A stretch of 64,000 nucleotides of DNA from Octopus vulgaris (taxonomy: Eukaryota). The stretch is taken from contig OX597814.1 of NCBI GenBank assembly GCA_951406725.2, positions 221,340,001 to 221,404,000 on the forward strand. Reading direction: 5' to 3'. Made by a program: the position numbers and the translations under genes. The notes under the pieces were generated by a model. That model was not told the origin of the DNA. It saw nothing but the letters and a program-made list of their open reading frames with translations, and did not search any database. Below are positions 28,715 to 43,698 of this stretch, in pieces (the first letter of the stretch is position 1; each line of letters starts with the position of its first letter).

Positions 28715-30330
28715 GAGAAACCCCACTGTCTGAGATTTCCTTGAAACCCAAAGAGCAAATGCCCTCTCCAATTCCTTCTCTCTGACTCACAGGTTTATAC
28801 GTAGGGAGGTACCATCTATTCTCGCCAATTTCGCAATTTTCACTCACCTTACAATAAACTCATTCGAGGAAAGCACTTCCGTCTCCATTTTCAATGTTCT
28901 TTTCAATGAGATCTCTACCAAAGAGGAATGTATCTGTCCTCATGCCTTGCAACCTTGTCTAAAGAACCGCTTTCGCCACAGCCGCAGGGCAAAGGAAAAC
29001 TTGCCTTGCTGCCCGATTGAAGGAAGGCGGCGGTGCGATCATCACGTGACAGCATAGTTTGACACAACCCCACAAGTAAGCAACGCCCGGACACTGAACG
29101 AGGGCATGCAGAACGGTTTATTGACTTTGTGCGCACCTCGGACAAACCTGTCTGATAGCACGTCCGTGTCTGTAGAGTTTATCTCGAACCGGTAGCGATC
29201 CCGGGTAGCACTGCCAGGCCAAGCAAATCTGGAAATTATCCATGTTATTTCCCGACCGGAAAGTCCTCCGGAACATATTAGCCGGGTCGTTCTCGTCGGC
29301 GCCCAGAGTAACACTGAGAATGTCGTCGCACTTTTCCGCCACTAATCCTGTATACATTTCTAAAGCGGAACATCCACCGATCCCATTGCCCGACTGGTAG
29401 AGGGTTGTGAGCGACTGACAACATTTTAGGTGCTAGGCGTTCAGTCTTGGTCTTTTCTTCACCCTGGGCTGGAACTCCGTCAAGGAGACGATCGTCTCAG
29501 AGCATTAGGAACCATAGCATATCTAATTCGTCACTGAGAGGATGCTGGCAACGGACTGACCACCTGCTCATTGCAACACGTCCTTTCCACAAGAATTTCA
29601 CTAAGAGATGCGCCAACCATGTCTAGCAGCAACCGAGACAAGGCACAACGGTCAAGCGATAAATGATAACGGAGACGATGTAAGCATTCACCACCTCTGA
29701 CCGACCTTTCACAGACAGCTTTCTCTCAGCCCATTTCTGGGTTAGACTGGCCACCCTGTTTCATTGCAGTTCTTATCAATCTGGAGGTCGGAACCGAACC
29801 AGACCCCGACCAGTTTAACTGGTCTGTCGGTCCAGCGTCCGACGACGCCGTCCGATAGCATCGTCCTGTCTCTCCAGGAGCCCAACCACAAACGCATCGA
29901 TTTGTCAGCGTTGATTTTAGCCCCTACAACCGATTTATATTCCTGTCGGATGGCGCCGACTGTCTACACTTCGGAAGCGTCCGACAGCATGACGGTAACG
30001 CCGTCCATGTATACCGACACTACCCTTCCTTGTCCCAGTCCGAAAGGGATGCTCCTTAGCTGTTCCAACTTCCGCAGCTGCGGCTTGAGTGCTAATACGT
30101 ACGGAAGAGGCAACAGCGGATAGCTCTGGTGGACTGAGCGTGAGATGCCAAACGGGTCCGATAGATGGGATTTTACTTTGACAACTGAGCAGATGGCGCT
30201 CTGCATTGCAGCTATCCAGCCTTTGAAAATGGATTCGAAACTGCCTGCTTTCAGAACGGCTTCCAAGTAGCGATGGTCGACCCTATCGAACCCTTTCGAT
30301 TGATCCAAATTCATTAGAGTACCCCAGCCC
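28715..30330 (-). mobile_element. L1/Tx1-type LINE fragment (RT and C-terminal Cys region)
   Basis: LDQSKGFDRVDHRYL, SVHQSYPLLP, VYMDGVTV (decayed YADD), GAKINADKS, LPVRDKLYRHG...CPRC. Confidence 0.85.
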
Positions 30331-30429
30331 TCTCTATGGTGTATCGCATAAGGTGGAGGTTTTCGTGGATAGACAACCACAAGAACCTGAGTACGGCATG
30401 GATAGGCCACAGTTAAGCGTTTGATAATG

Positions 30430-30735
30430 TCCTACATAAATGGATTTTCATGTTCCTTGATGTATAGAAGGTGTCTCCTGCGGTCTCCAAATTCTTGCAG
30501 AATAGCATGGTGAATTAGAACATACGTCCATTTCTAAAATATAGGAATATGATGAGACAATTCAACAGCATCAACATCAAACGAAGTATCTTTTAAGGTG
30601 ACTCCCTCTCGCCATTACTTTTTTGCATGGCACTGATCCCACTTTCAAACGAATTGAATAACACCAGATACGGGTACAAAATTATGAACAATATAACAAA
30701 CCATCATGGACGATCTGAAGCTGTTTGCAACGGAT
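30430..30735 (+). mobile_element. R4/Dong-type RT core fragment
   Basis: IF*GDSLSPLLFCMALIPLS and MDDLKLFA. Confidence 0.8.
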
Positions 30736-31871
30736 GTCCAAGGATATTTCGAAACCTGGTTCCCAGTCTTTAACTCGAGCATATTTTACTCCCCACCAGA
30801 CGTGCTGACGATTCTGCCAACAATAAAAATCATTGCACTGTTTATATGTGCATTTACACACGCATACATCCACATACATACACAGATATCTCTGCACACG
30901 TACATAGTACATATAAATTGATACATATATGCATACATTCAAAGAAATTCCTATAAGATATTTGTATTCATTGACGGAGCCAGCTGAGTGCTTTCTGAAA
31001 AGATATTAATCGATACTGTACATTCCAACCATTTCCCTGTACCTGTGAATCTGATGTTTCGTCCCGTATATTTATGGGTTCTAGGCACTACTGTCAGAAA
31101 GATTTCAGTCTTATAGCTGTGTGTAATAGTCAAATTTCAATAGTGTAGACATTATTATAGAGAATTTCACTGCTGCCAGGTGCATAAAAAATATTGACTA
31201 GATTAGTCTTAAATCGTCTGAACCGGTATTTTGTTGACAAATAACTCCGTCTTCACTGTCTAGCAGACTGTCAGTGTGTCCGTCTGTACGTATGTTTGAG
31301 TGTGTGTGTGCGTGTGTGTGTGTGTGTGTGTGTTTATAAACATTTTAAAATAGGTATAAATAAGTATGTACATATTCCTCACACATGCGTAAACAGGCAT
31401 ACATATATACATCCGCAAACGCACACCACATATACACATATACATATATACAATATAGTATAGGGACAGAAAGAGATGCACGCACGGGCACACGCACACA
31501 CACACACACAATCGCTCGCACACACACACACACACACACAAAGAACACACATACACGAACACATACACACGCGCACACATACACTCATAAATATGTTTGC
31601 CTCTCTCTGTGTGTAATACTTTCCATGGGTGTAAACACATACAAATAAATCCCGAAGTATAAATATATGTGGTGAAAGGATACATCTATGTACCTTATGC
31701 CAATATGCATTCACAATGTTAGGCGTATACTTGCAGCTATCAGACAGATTTACATATAAAACTAGCAGGGACATACTTAGGGGCGTACGCGCAAAGATTT
31801 ACGTTCTGTCATGTGAGGAAATGGAGCCTCCCGCTCCTTATATTCATCCTTACGTACATACATACATACAC

Positions 31872-31944
<73 letters not shown>

Positions 31945-32619
31945 ATATCTATCTATCTATATATATATATATATATATATATATGAACACATATATATTG
32001 ATTGCATGAGCGCATGCCAGTGTGTGCATGAACGGACACATAGATATACAACTGGGCATGCACACACAGACAGACACACACACACACATACACACACACA
32101 TACACACACACACGTACATGTTTGAGTGTGCGTGTATGTATGTATGTATGCATGCATGTATGTATGTATGTATGTATGTATGTATGTATGTATGTATGTA
32201 TGTATGTATGTATTATGTATGTATGTATGTATGTATGTATGTAGGTAGGTAGGTAGGTATGTGTGTTTGTGTGTATGTATGTATTTGCCCTCGTAGATAA
32301 GACCTAATCTTTTTTTGAGACGATATTTTAGCTCAGTTTCCAGCCCATTCGTTAATGTTCATTTCACTTCCATCTCTAAATCTCTCGGTAAAGACATGAA
32401 TGACACAACTTAATTTTCTGCACAACGCCATAATGCAGACGGCTTATCTATGTGTCAAACTGTGATTGACAATATTTCTTTCTGTTTGTGTGTATACACG
32501 AACATACATACATGTGTGTGTGAGTGTGTGTGTGTGTGTGTGTTTATGTGTGTATCTGTGTATGTATGTGTATGTGTTTGTGTGTGTGTGTCTGCGTGTG
32601 TAAGTGGATTGGAGTCAGG

Positions 32620-34865
32620 ATCATTGAAGGCAATGGAAACCTCCGTGTTACGGAGGTAAAGAGCTCCAAGATAAATAGTTATTATAAGAGTATATTAGTA
32701 CTGTATATAATATATTTATGTTCAAGGCAAATAGTACTATAATGTAATGGTACATAGTATATTTATGTTAAAGGAAGTCTCAGTTTATTTTTGATAGGCT
32801 CAGCTCAGAAATGTTTGGGACGCTGCATGTGCGCTTATGCATCATGCTGGTCTCCCGTTGTAGGAACCAGAAGTAGTCACCCGTCATGTGTGGATTGAAC
32901 CGGCCTTGATTACCTCGTTTCCATCTCAGATATGTCCTGGTGGAACCTCTCACCATGCTCATAACTAACGGTACCAAGATTCGTTGGAAAACATCGAGAT
33001 GAGAAAGTAAGAAGTGCATTTTAAGGCACATTTATCATCCCATTCTTTCATAGGCTGTTAGCATGTTGTTTATTTAGATCAGCATAGTTTCAGCTCTATG
33101 ATTTTCAAGAAAAGTTCTGTACAACTAACACGAATGAATCCCATGCAGTCAGCTCAACTGGATTCAGTTTACCTCTGAATTTGCTATCAGACATCAATTC
33201 TCTGATCTTGGGTCCAATAAAAATGCCTGCTTTCAGTTTTGCGTCACTTTTCTTTGCACCAAATTTTACTTTTAAGAAGAAGCCACAACCATCGTGTGTC
33301 ATTGCTTTTACAAATTTTCTCATGAGGCCGAGTTTGATGTGAAGGATGGAAGGAAGATCTTTTGTGGGTCTACCAGTGGGATATGCAGCACATTGTACCG
33401 ACCAATTATGCGCTCATCATTTTTAGGCCAGTCTTTTAATGATTGATGTCGTCGTGGCTGTTCCAAACACATAAGAATCAGATATATTTGGTATATCCCA
33501 GCCGCAATCCTAGGAGGAGGGAAATCACCTTTAAATTACCACAGTTATTCCACTTCTGAACTGATTAATTAATTCCTTTCATCATGAGTTCCATCGATTC
33601 ATAAGTTTTTTCCATACCGACAACTTGACCCAGAGGAATGGAAGATTTTTCATTACCATTATGTAACAACACAGCTTTGAGGTTAACTCCGTTCGAATCT
33701 ATAAACAATCTCCATTCGTTAGCCACATGCACGTGTCCTAGTTTTGCATGAGTGTATTAACGCCAGTACAGAAACAAGAATTATTTTCTTGCTTGAGAAA
33801 GACAGATAAGCCTTAATTGGCGAGAACGGAAAATGGAAATTTTTGTACCTCGCTGTAGGAGATTACTTTGCTCTAGCCTGGATCCCCAAACTTCTGCCTT
33901 CTCTTTTGACAATGCTAGGTCTCATACTAAATCGTTCAAATCTTCTCGACAAGTGTGGTTCATTTTCTTAGAATCAACTACGTACTCTTCGTCGATAGGA
34001 GAGTCAGGAGGCTCATCGTGCTACGTGTCAAGGTCTTCAAGTGAATCATGTGAGAGGGGAACTTAGACATGGTTCTCGAAGTCATGTGGAATAGGTTTTA
34101 GAGCCGGCTTACAATCTGCATACACAATTTTTGCTTTGGACTTCTTTGAGAAACCACTGGTATTAGTCATGTAAAGTAACAATCATAGACATGATTAGTT
34201 GGTTCACGTCATGCCATTGGTACAGCAAAAAGTATTCCCTTCTGTTTTTTATTCAGCCACTGTGTAAGCCCTGACTAACACACGGTGCAGCATATATGAG
34301 GTGCTCATCTCTTGTTTGTTTTGTTCCCCAACTTTACACCCGAAATAATATTTATAGGTAGTTTTTAATTTTGTGTCAATGTTCTTTCGCTGGTCGTGCG
34401 GAGCAAATTTTCCACAAAAATAACGAAAGTTTCTCGGTGATTCATAGCTTCTCCTAATCTAAAACGATGAACACAGTGAAAGCAGTAATCAGGCTGAGCG
34501 AGAGATAGACATGCCAGACGTGGCGGCAGTGCAGACGACACTGAGCGTTACCTAGAACAAACTGACGTATTTGGCACGTGCACACAAACGACAGCGCCAT
34601 CTATTGCTAAACTAAATAAAGAACTTTCTCATTGTTTGTTCTATTGCTGTTATTTCTTTAATTTTGAATTAAGATCGCTTTCGTTTTAGCAATTTCATAA
34701 TACAGCCTATATCTAGCCGGAAGTATAGGTATAATCTTGCGCATGTGCATAACTCTAAATTCTGACGTGCCAGAACAAGTCTGAATGCGGAGTTGGAATC
34801 AGCTTCCTTGATTTAGTCCAAAACACATGCTTTTACTCCAGTAGTAAAATCTTTGTTGTCCAGTG
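32620..34865 (-). mobile_element. Chapaev3-like (CMC superfamily) DNA transposon relic
   Basis: FAVPMA*REPTNHVYDCYF, GNLKVISLLLGLRLGYTKY, LHIKLGLMRKFVKAM, MCLKMHFLLSHLD, HGERFHQDISEME; CAC terminus on the minus strand at 34865; left boundary approximate. Confidence 0.75.
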
Positions 34866-35339
34866 AAATCTGTCTTGATTCGAAATGCGAAATAAATTAT
34901 CTCTTTTTCATGTTCTGAAGGATCATGTTTCGACACCTCCGTCTCTCCCAGAAACCAAATCAAAACAATAGCAAGAAAAGAAACAGCATGACCATATTTA
35001 TGCCTGAAAATATGAATTTCTAAACATGCCCTGACAAGATGTTTACGTATTATGGAAGAGAAATTCGAGAGGAAATAAATAAATTTCAAATCATAACAGG
35101 GTAGGTTGTTCCCACAAAATATATTGATAACTGTGTGATGGGTGGTGGTTGAATAAGAATTTTCGTGGGAATGAGGAACACTGCCTTCTATCTTATAATT
35201 CTTCATTATCATTATTAATTGTGGGTTGATGAACTTATAAAAAATTGTATCATTTAGTGTAAGAATTGAGTTTATTGCAAATTTTTCTTGTAATTTTTAT
35301 GGTACGCTCACGATTAGCATCGTTATCAACAAAAAAATT

Positions 35340-36790
35340 GCAGACATTCATTTATAAGTGTTGAGCCTCTTGCAATAATCTCCGCAGCCAATTTAAGTAT
35401 TTAAGTGGAATTTCGCCCGTTAACACTATCAAATCCTCTCTAAATACACTTTCCTTACGGGGCACTAGTAACTCACCCATTTCATCCTTTATGATTTCTT
35501 TACAACCTACATTATTTGAAAATGCCATAATACCTTTCCGAATTTGGTGGAGATTTTATACTTGGGGAAAACGCGAAAAGTTACAGATACAGTGTGGCTA
35601 GATATTTTTCAAACACCATTCAAATTTGAAGGCTTCACTTTAACCCACGACTCAACTATGTTATCTGCAGTGTCTGCTATGTGGAACGTCTTCCAAAAGT
35701 TTCTAACTGTAGGTTTATAATTCCTGTCAATCGCGTTCATAAATCCTTTGAAAGTTCTAAGATAATATTCCTTGGCGTTACCTGTATCATTCTGATTCGT
35801 TGGTTGGATGAAAGTAATCGTTTAACTTGGGGATAGATTCTACAACTCACATTATGAGAAAACTTGTTTAAGTTCCCGAGTTGGTTTGATGCATTGTCTA
35901 AAACGAGCGATGCTTCGTTGAAAATAATATGCCTGGCACTGTGTCATTCTATAGCAGGAGAAGACATTTGTATACCACTCTACGGAAAAGCTCGTAATCA
36001 TCCATGCCTTCTTATTTGACTCCAAATCAGAGATAAATAAAACTTTTACATAACATTTTAAAGCCCTATGATTCTTGGAGTTATACACGAATAGGAGTTT
36101 TAGTTTTAGATTACCAGGTGCATTTCTTCCTAGAAGAAGCATAATACGATTTCGGAAACTTTAAAAGCTGGGCTTGAATTTTCTGTTTGAGAAATATAAC
36201 TTCTAGCAAGTATGAGCTTTCGGAATAGTGTACTTTCATCAACATTATATACTTTCCTTAGGTAGCCCCTTTAACAGTAATTTTTCAGCTTCTCAAGATA
36301 ATTAGTAACAGCCTCTGTCTTATCACTGGCAGCTTCACCGGTAATTTCCATTGCAAATTCAAGTGCTTCTTCAAACTTTCAAAACAGCCTATATATGTTG
36401 AAAAGGAGTTTCAATTGAAGTTCATTATTCTGCAAATTGCTATATAAAATGGCAGCTTTTTAAAATTAACACCGTAATTATCAGGATATTACGTCGTGTT
36501 GACCTCCGATTCATACACTTAAGAGACATTCTATGTCAAACGCCACGTTAGATCTATGAAACTGTAAGCTCCAAATAATTAACGTATAGCATCTTGATCT
36601 CTTGACTTAATTTTCTCTTGTCACATACAGTCTCCACTGTAGACGTTGTAAACTATAATGTTTTGGTAATGTATCTTACTTTTCTCCCACAGCAAGCCTT
36701 TAGTTTTATAACAACTAGTTTAATATCAATTGTAATCGTTTTAGGATTCCTTTTGGCACTATTTCCTTCAGTTCGACTTGACCCAGACAT
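35340..36790 (-). mobile_element. Tigger/pogo (CENP-B-like DDE) transposase relic
   Basis: ITGEAASD, NVDESTLFRK, LLLGRNAPGNLKLKLLFVYNSKNHRALK, SNKKAWM, EYYLRTF; many stops and frameshifts. Confidence 0.8.
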
Positions 36791-37447
36791 CTTTTCGATA
36801 AATCAAACAGCTGCGGTGGTCAACAGCCTTCTACACCAAATATATAGTAAAAATAAAAACATAGGTCTAGCAAAGAACTATTCTGCGAAATCAAAAAGTT
36901 ATCTTATTCCTATGAATGTAAGAATAGTAATAAAAATATGAAAAGTGAAGAAGGGAGATTGGAAAAGTAGTGTATAGTTACCTTTGGTCGAAGGGTTAAC
37001 TCATACTTTGTACAATCCAGAATTATAACACCTGTTGCAGTTTACACAAACATCAGTGATATGAATCTCTTCACAGCATCCCCTGTATTTATGTTTAGGC
37101 GATTTCTTTTTCTATGAAAATGTTAATATCTTCTACCGTATCTGAATTTCTATTTTATCTGAAGAATGCCTGCCATGCACTCTTTGAGCAGAAAGATGTG
37201 AGTAAAACACATACCCATACATTTACTTATGCATCACATGCAGCTATGTATATACATACATAATCAACACATGATGTCTAACGCATATATATTTGTGTGA
37301 GGTGTGTGTGTGTGTGTGTGTGTGTGCACATTCACATGAGAGTGTGATTCCAGTTGCGAGTTAAAATATTGTTTATATTTTAAAGCACTTTCAAGAATAA
37401 CAACGTAACATTTATTGATGATGTGCTTATATATATATATGTATATA

Positions 37448-37516
<69 letters not shown>

Positions 37517-38019
37517 CTAATATAGGATAAAAATTTTCGAAACAAATTCTATCAATGGCCAGCATATTAAAAAATACCTTTAAGGGTTAAATTTATACAT
37601 CAAATTTTAAATTATAAGTTGTTTACACATATATATATATATATAACAAAAAGTGAGGGATTATCAATAATCCGGGCAAATTCTCCCGGTAATCTTTTGG
37701 GGGGTCCTAGGTTATGGTTTATCACAATTCTGTATTGGAAATCCGTGCATGGGCTCAGACAAACTGGTTTACACAGAGTGATATATAAGGAATAAGTTTA
37801 AAATCATGGAGCATATATATTTACCTGTATGTCTGAACGTGTGTGTGTGTGTGTGTGTGTATGTGTGTGTATTTGCTGTGGTATTCGTCACAAACTATGC
37901 GTCGTTTGTACCGCCCAAAATTCCATTTGAGTGAACGTATAAACAAACATCAACAATACAATCTCAACTTTAAATGTCTAGAATATTTCTAATGCAAGTA
38001 TTATTGATTTGTTCTTACA

Positions 38020-38220
38020 CAGACGCAAGGTCTCAATTCTTGAGGAAAGGAAGAGTCAACTATATTGACACTGGTTAGAGAAAATTTATTTTTTCAAACA
38101 GAAGTATATAAGGTAAAGTCGACCGCGATGGGATTTGAATTTAGAACGTAGAGAGATGAAACGAACATCACAAGGCATTTTGTCCGTCACAGGAATTATT
38201 CTGCAAAAATACCGCTAATT
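38020..38220 (-). mobile_element. Degenerate SINE family C copy
   Basis: aaagtcgaccgcgatgggatttgaatttagaacgta matches the family C body. Confidence 0.6.
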
Positions 38221-39028
38221 TAGTATTACCAATTTTAAAAGAATTAGATTTTAAAATGAAGTTTATTTTGAATTCTAATTAATAATTAATTTATTCCCAA
38301 TTAAGTTACCTCAAAATAAATTCAGTAATATCTTTTATTTTTCTAATGGCTGCGGTCATTCTGGAGTGTAATTGACTAAAGTTAACACAGTACTTCTCTA
38401 AGTGTTGTTGATGTTAGTTTTCTTGCGGGAATCTGTTGCTCTTTACATTTTTGAATAAACAGACCAATGGACAAAAGTATTGAAGTCGTAACCATCCTTG
38501 TGTATTTAACCGCAAGATGTCTGGTACTAATTTGTTCAATGTCTCTTTGTTATGGAAGTTGGATATGTTTTGAGGGAGATCTAGCAAATAATTCCAGCAG
38601 GTTAAGCAACTACGTAGGGACTGTCTCGTTGGAAAAAGAGAAGAGTGGGTGAGATTTAGCTCTAGCTTAAATGACTTGTTTTGGAGAATTTGTTGCAATT
38701 GCTTCCTCCAGAGTCCCAATGATGACCATATCCCAATGACCACCATATTCGTCGCTACAATCATGTAAAAAAAAAATCGCTGAAAACAATCGCAGTAATG
38801 AAAATATAGGAATCCAAAATTTCAGGATTGCAGGTCCGGATTCGGCCCGGAATGTTTTTAATTTACTCACAGAGTCAGCTTGATTCCAAAATGGTATGGT
38901 ATGTTGGGATACAGACTCTAGGAGTAAAGTTGAAAAAGTGTGTCACACTGACACACTGGCATTCACATTTGTTATATTAGATATGTTTAATTCTGGGGAA
39001 AACTGTATTTCAATTAAAGTGCATTTTA

Positions 39029-39093
<65 letters not shown>

Positions 39094-39126
39094 TCGGGGT
39101 GAGTACTTGATAATTGTAAGCACCTG

Positions 39127-39157
<31 letters not shown>

Positions 39158-39375
39158 ATGTGTGTGTGTGTGCATGTGTGTGTGTATATGTATATATGTA
39201 TATGTATGTACACACACACACACACACATATGTATGTATGTATTAAAGAAAGCAAAAATAAACAAAACTGATAGTGTTCAGTAGTTGGTTCAGTACACTG
39301 GCCACATACCCACTATTATTACTCCCATTGCTACTATCAACAATATTCCTTTTAATAAAACATCATGAACTCTCT

Positions 39376-39447
<72 letters not shown>

Positions 39448-39473
39448 TTAATATATATATATATATATATATT

Positions 39474-39583
39474 GGCCTGCTCTCTTAGCCAGCGGGGTGG
39501 CGTCATTCGAAGGCTAAAACAATGCGAACGCATTGTGAACAGCGATGTGTAACAGCATCTGATGGTCTGGTCGGTCACGTGAT

Positions 39584-39590
<7 letters not shown>
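39474..39590 (+). mobile_element. Short repeat fragment embedded in (TA)n, ending in palindromic tcacgtgatcacgtga
   Basis: GC-richer island flanked on both sides by TA tracts; probable SINE/TE 3' end. Confidence 0.45.
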
Positions 39591-39645
<55 letters not shown>

Positions 39646-40137
39646 GTCTGTATGCATGTATATATACATGGACATATTTGAAGTATAGCGAAACAGGATT
39701 AGCAATTTTAGTAGCACAAATCCAATACTAATTGGGGGATTAGTCACCGTATCCAGCGATGATCAAATCCCACCTTCTGTCACCTCATTTTGAATATTAG
39801 AAACTGATCTGTCTAGAACCAGATAGCGTTGAAGAATGAGGACGAAAATTTATGCAGCTTTTGAAGTGGTATATTTAATTTATATATTTGTAGTTATTAA
39901 CTTGAAGGTGCTCTTTATGGCGATGCTGGTATTATGACGGTGGTGTTGATCATTATGAATGACAATTATTATTTCTGCTGCTGTTGTTGTTGTTCTCATG
40001 CAGCAGGAAGCAAATTCTGAGCAACCATAACTATAGCTTGCAAACCACTTTCTTCTTCCTGCTGAGCTCGGTTTGCCCCACCTACGGTCAAATACATCAT
40101 GACCATGATTATCTCTTCATCTATGACTTAATTATCC

Positions 40138-40189
<52 letters not shown>

Positions 40190-42442
40190 TCATTCCTAAC
40201 ACTTTGTTGTGTGTATTTCATCAAATTTAACCACCAGAATAATTTGGGACGTAAATTTGGGACGTAAATTCAAAGCTTGAAATTACTCAGAACATATGAA
40301 GCAAGGGTAAACAAAATGTATGAAAACAAGCATGGACGTTTAGGACAAACTCATGAAAGTACTTTGGACGGCATTGTGTATGTGCCACATTTTTCAAGAT
40401 TTAGCTGCTATTTCTAGCAGATCCAGCGATCAAGGTAAAGCTCTTTTGTTGATTTGTGCGAAGCGATGTTGGGACCGTTCTTAAGCACAAAATAAACTCT
40501 GATTGAGCACTGGAGCCTTACCTTCCCTCCACCGTCTTTTTAAAGACATATGAAAGACTTGTTTAAGACCTTAGCGTATGATTTGAATATTTAGCTACTG
40601 TTCTTAGCAAATCAAGTAATCGATTACATAAGAATGCTTTCCTTGCTTTGAGTTGTTGTTTGAGGATATTCATATTTATTATGTGCATTCAAATGTGTAA
40701 TAACGACGACGACGACGATGATGATGATTGTAGCAGTTGTCTTAACGTCTATTGGTTGGTTAGTCGTTGTTTCTGCGTTTTGTCCAGTGTCAGTCCTCTT
40801 TCATGCCAAGAATTTTTAATACAATCCTGACTTTTATATCAGACCGCATTACTCTTTTACAATTTCTCTATTTCAACAACGATAGTTAAGTTTAAGTTTC
40901 AGCGAGATTTGGTAGATGTTTCCAACAGAATGAAACGGCTGTGTAGAGGCTTGCTCACTGGCTCGTAAACATTGGTTGGTATGTCATGTTAACGATGCTA
41001 ATATACGCAGAAATAGCGGCGACGCTGTTGGTATAGTTGATGGCAGTTTAGAAGCAGCATCGACTTTGGTCGAGTTAAATATTGTGTAAATTACAGTAAC
41101 GACTTACAGGGTGATAACATCACAGATATTTATATCATGAACGGAAGTACACTGCTGACAAAAAGGAAATGAAAGAAGAAGATAGGATGGAGGCGAGGTA
41201 AAGAGTGTCAGTATTAACAATTTTTATATGGTGTAAAATGAGCAAGAACGAATATAGGAACACTAAAATTTATATACCCACTTAAATTATCAGTTAAAGA
41301 GAAATGTTTTAAAAAATTCCTGTAGACGTACGAAAATAGCAAATGTTTCCAAGCAGAACAAGTATTTCTGTCTGTCTGTCTCTTTCTCTCTCTTTCTCTC
41401 TAACAATATATCTACATTACTATTTATCTGCTTATCTGATTGTCTGTCTGTCCGTCTGTCTGTCTGCCTGTCCGCTTGTCTGCCTGCCTTTCAGTTTATC
41501 TACCTAGCTAGGTATACGTACATAAAAAAAAACACACACAGAAATGCATCATATATATGTATATGTGTGTGCGTTATGTATGTTTAGGTACCTGTATACG
41601 TTTGTGTTATCTCTATATATTTACATTCCCTCCCACACACACACACAAACACACACGCATACATAAATAAACACATACATAAATACATATATACATACAT
41701 ACATTCATTCATAACTACATCCATATATATGTATGTGACCATACGTATATATATACCTATGTATTTATGTATGTGTGCATTGTATAATAAAAGCTGAAAT
41801 TCCTGAATAGTAAAGCTGAGTTTTATTTTGCCGATTATTCAGACGATTAAAATAAGAAGCCATTGTGTCAAAATATAAGCAAACACATTCTAAATATGAA
41901 TATTCAACTGAACGTGAAGATTCGATTGGTTGCCGAAAATATCATTAGGAAATGTCTCGCACATTCTATTATTCAAATGTTAAAACATGACTGTTTCGCC
42001 TATTCACATACAAAATCATTATCATGTCTTAACGAAATTTCAATATTGATAAATAAATTTGTTCTTTTTAAAAATATTTCTGACCATCTTCCAGGTAGCA
42101 CAAGTTTATAATGAAATTTTACTTTAGACGGACTCTACACAATCCAAAGAAAGTACGTTGATTGTCCAGTTGAAAAGATCGAAAATCTAACCAATAATAT
42201 AGTTTCTTATGTCATTCTTTTCAGTTGTTTATAAAGGAATTTAGATAATACTATAGAAGAAAATGTCCTCATACGTATCGTAAATAACTCAAAAGGAAGC
42301 ACTGGAGCTCTTTGTATTCAATGGCAAAAAAAGTAAATTTTATGAAGTCACCCAAAACATCTATGGTTTTTAGACATAACAAAAGTATGTACGAAATTTG
42401 TTGTCGCAAGATAACACAAAATCCTTCCTAAAATAATCCCTA

Positions 42443-42496
<54 letters not shown>

Positions 42497-42519
42497 GAAC
42501 TAGCTTTAGTACTCTCTGT

Positions 42520-43330
42520 GCTATTAACTTCGAGGCAAAAGAAGAGAAATAGCTACTATCCTAAAAATAGATTACAGAGTAAAACCTTAGTGTCACGTGA
42601 ACTATATATTAGAGGGAAGATCATAAAGCTAATCTCTAGCGAGCTCCAAATGCTGATTAATAGATCAAAGGGAAATGTGATAGGTAGAGTCAGTAAAAAT
42701 ATAGAGAAATTCCATCATTTATAACATTAAACAGGTCATTTCTTTTCCGTTATGGAATAATAGTTTATCTGTCATTCAGTGATTTAGTAATATAGATAAT
42801 AAGCACTTTTGTAAATTGATGCATTGCAATATAGTAAAGATCTAACCATCGACTACTAAAATCCCTTCTTCAAAAGGCCTTAAAAGCTGTAGAGATTTTA
42901 TTCCAATTAGTGATTTGGACATTGTTATTACTATGCACGCTAGGAAATCTTTGGTATTTTTATGATAATTCTTTTTGAGTTAAAGGTAGTGACCAGGAAT
43001 AATTTGATGGAGAATTGAGATCGCAAGAAGGGTTAAAGTTTGTGAATTGTTTCTCTTATGTCGGAGGTGTTTCCGCGTTGTAAAGCCAGGCCGTGGCAAT
43101 GGATGTTGTGAAGAGAAGTACAGCATACACTAAGGTTCAAATATTAGCAGTAGATACACATTTAAATATTGTTAGTTTCTTAGATTTAACTTTAAATTTA
43201 CCTACTAGTAATTTCTACCTTTATAATAAACTTAATAAGAAATTTTATTTAATTAATATAATTTACAAATGTCACCAAATAAATCTTAAAATCTAATTTA
43301 ATGACTTAACGTGCTTAGTTATTAATATAC
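42520..43330 (+). mobile_element. Penelope-like element RT relic
   Basis: LINRSKGNVIGRVSK, WNNSLSVIQ*F, HARKSLVF, VCEL, IVSFLDLTLNL resemble PLE RT motifs; heavily decayed. Confidence 0.55.
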
Positions 43331-43698
43331 CCTATGAAGATATATCGTGTGTCTTGCATATTGTTACCACGAAACATTACAAAGCAGTGGCTGGCAAAAG
43401 ACGGAAGGGAATATGTCTAGACGAATATTAATACTAATATTCAGAACGATGAACGTTAGAATCAAAATATATAACACAATCATCGAGTGTAAATCATTAG
43501 GTGCATACATACATACATACATACATACATACATACATACATACATACATACATACATACATACACACATACATACATACACATATACATACATACATAC
43601 ATACATACACATATACATACATACACATATACAAACATACACACATACATACGTACACATATATATGTATATATATATAAAATATATATATATAAATA

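Noticed and set aside
38414-38870. Possible Helitron mid-region relic (HWD....TLEEAIATNSPKQ)
   Set aside because: Only one short motif resembles Helitron Rep/Hel; too weak to list as a feature
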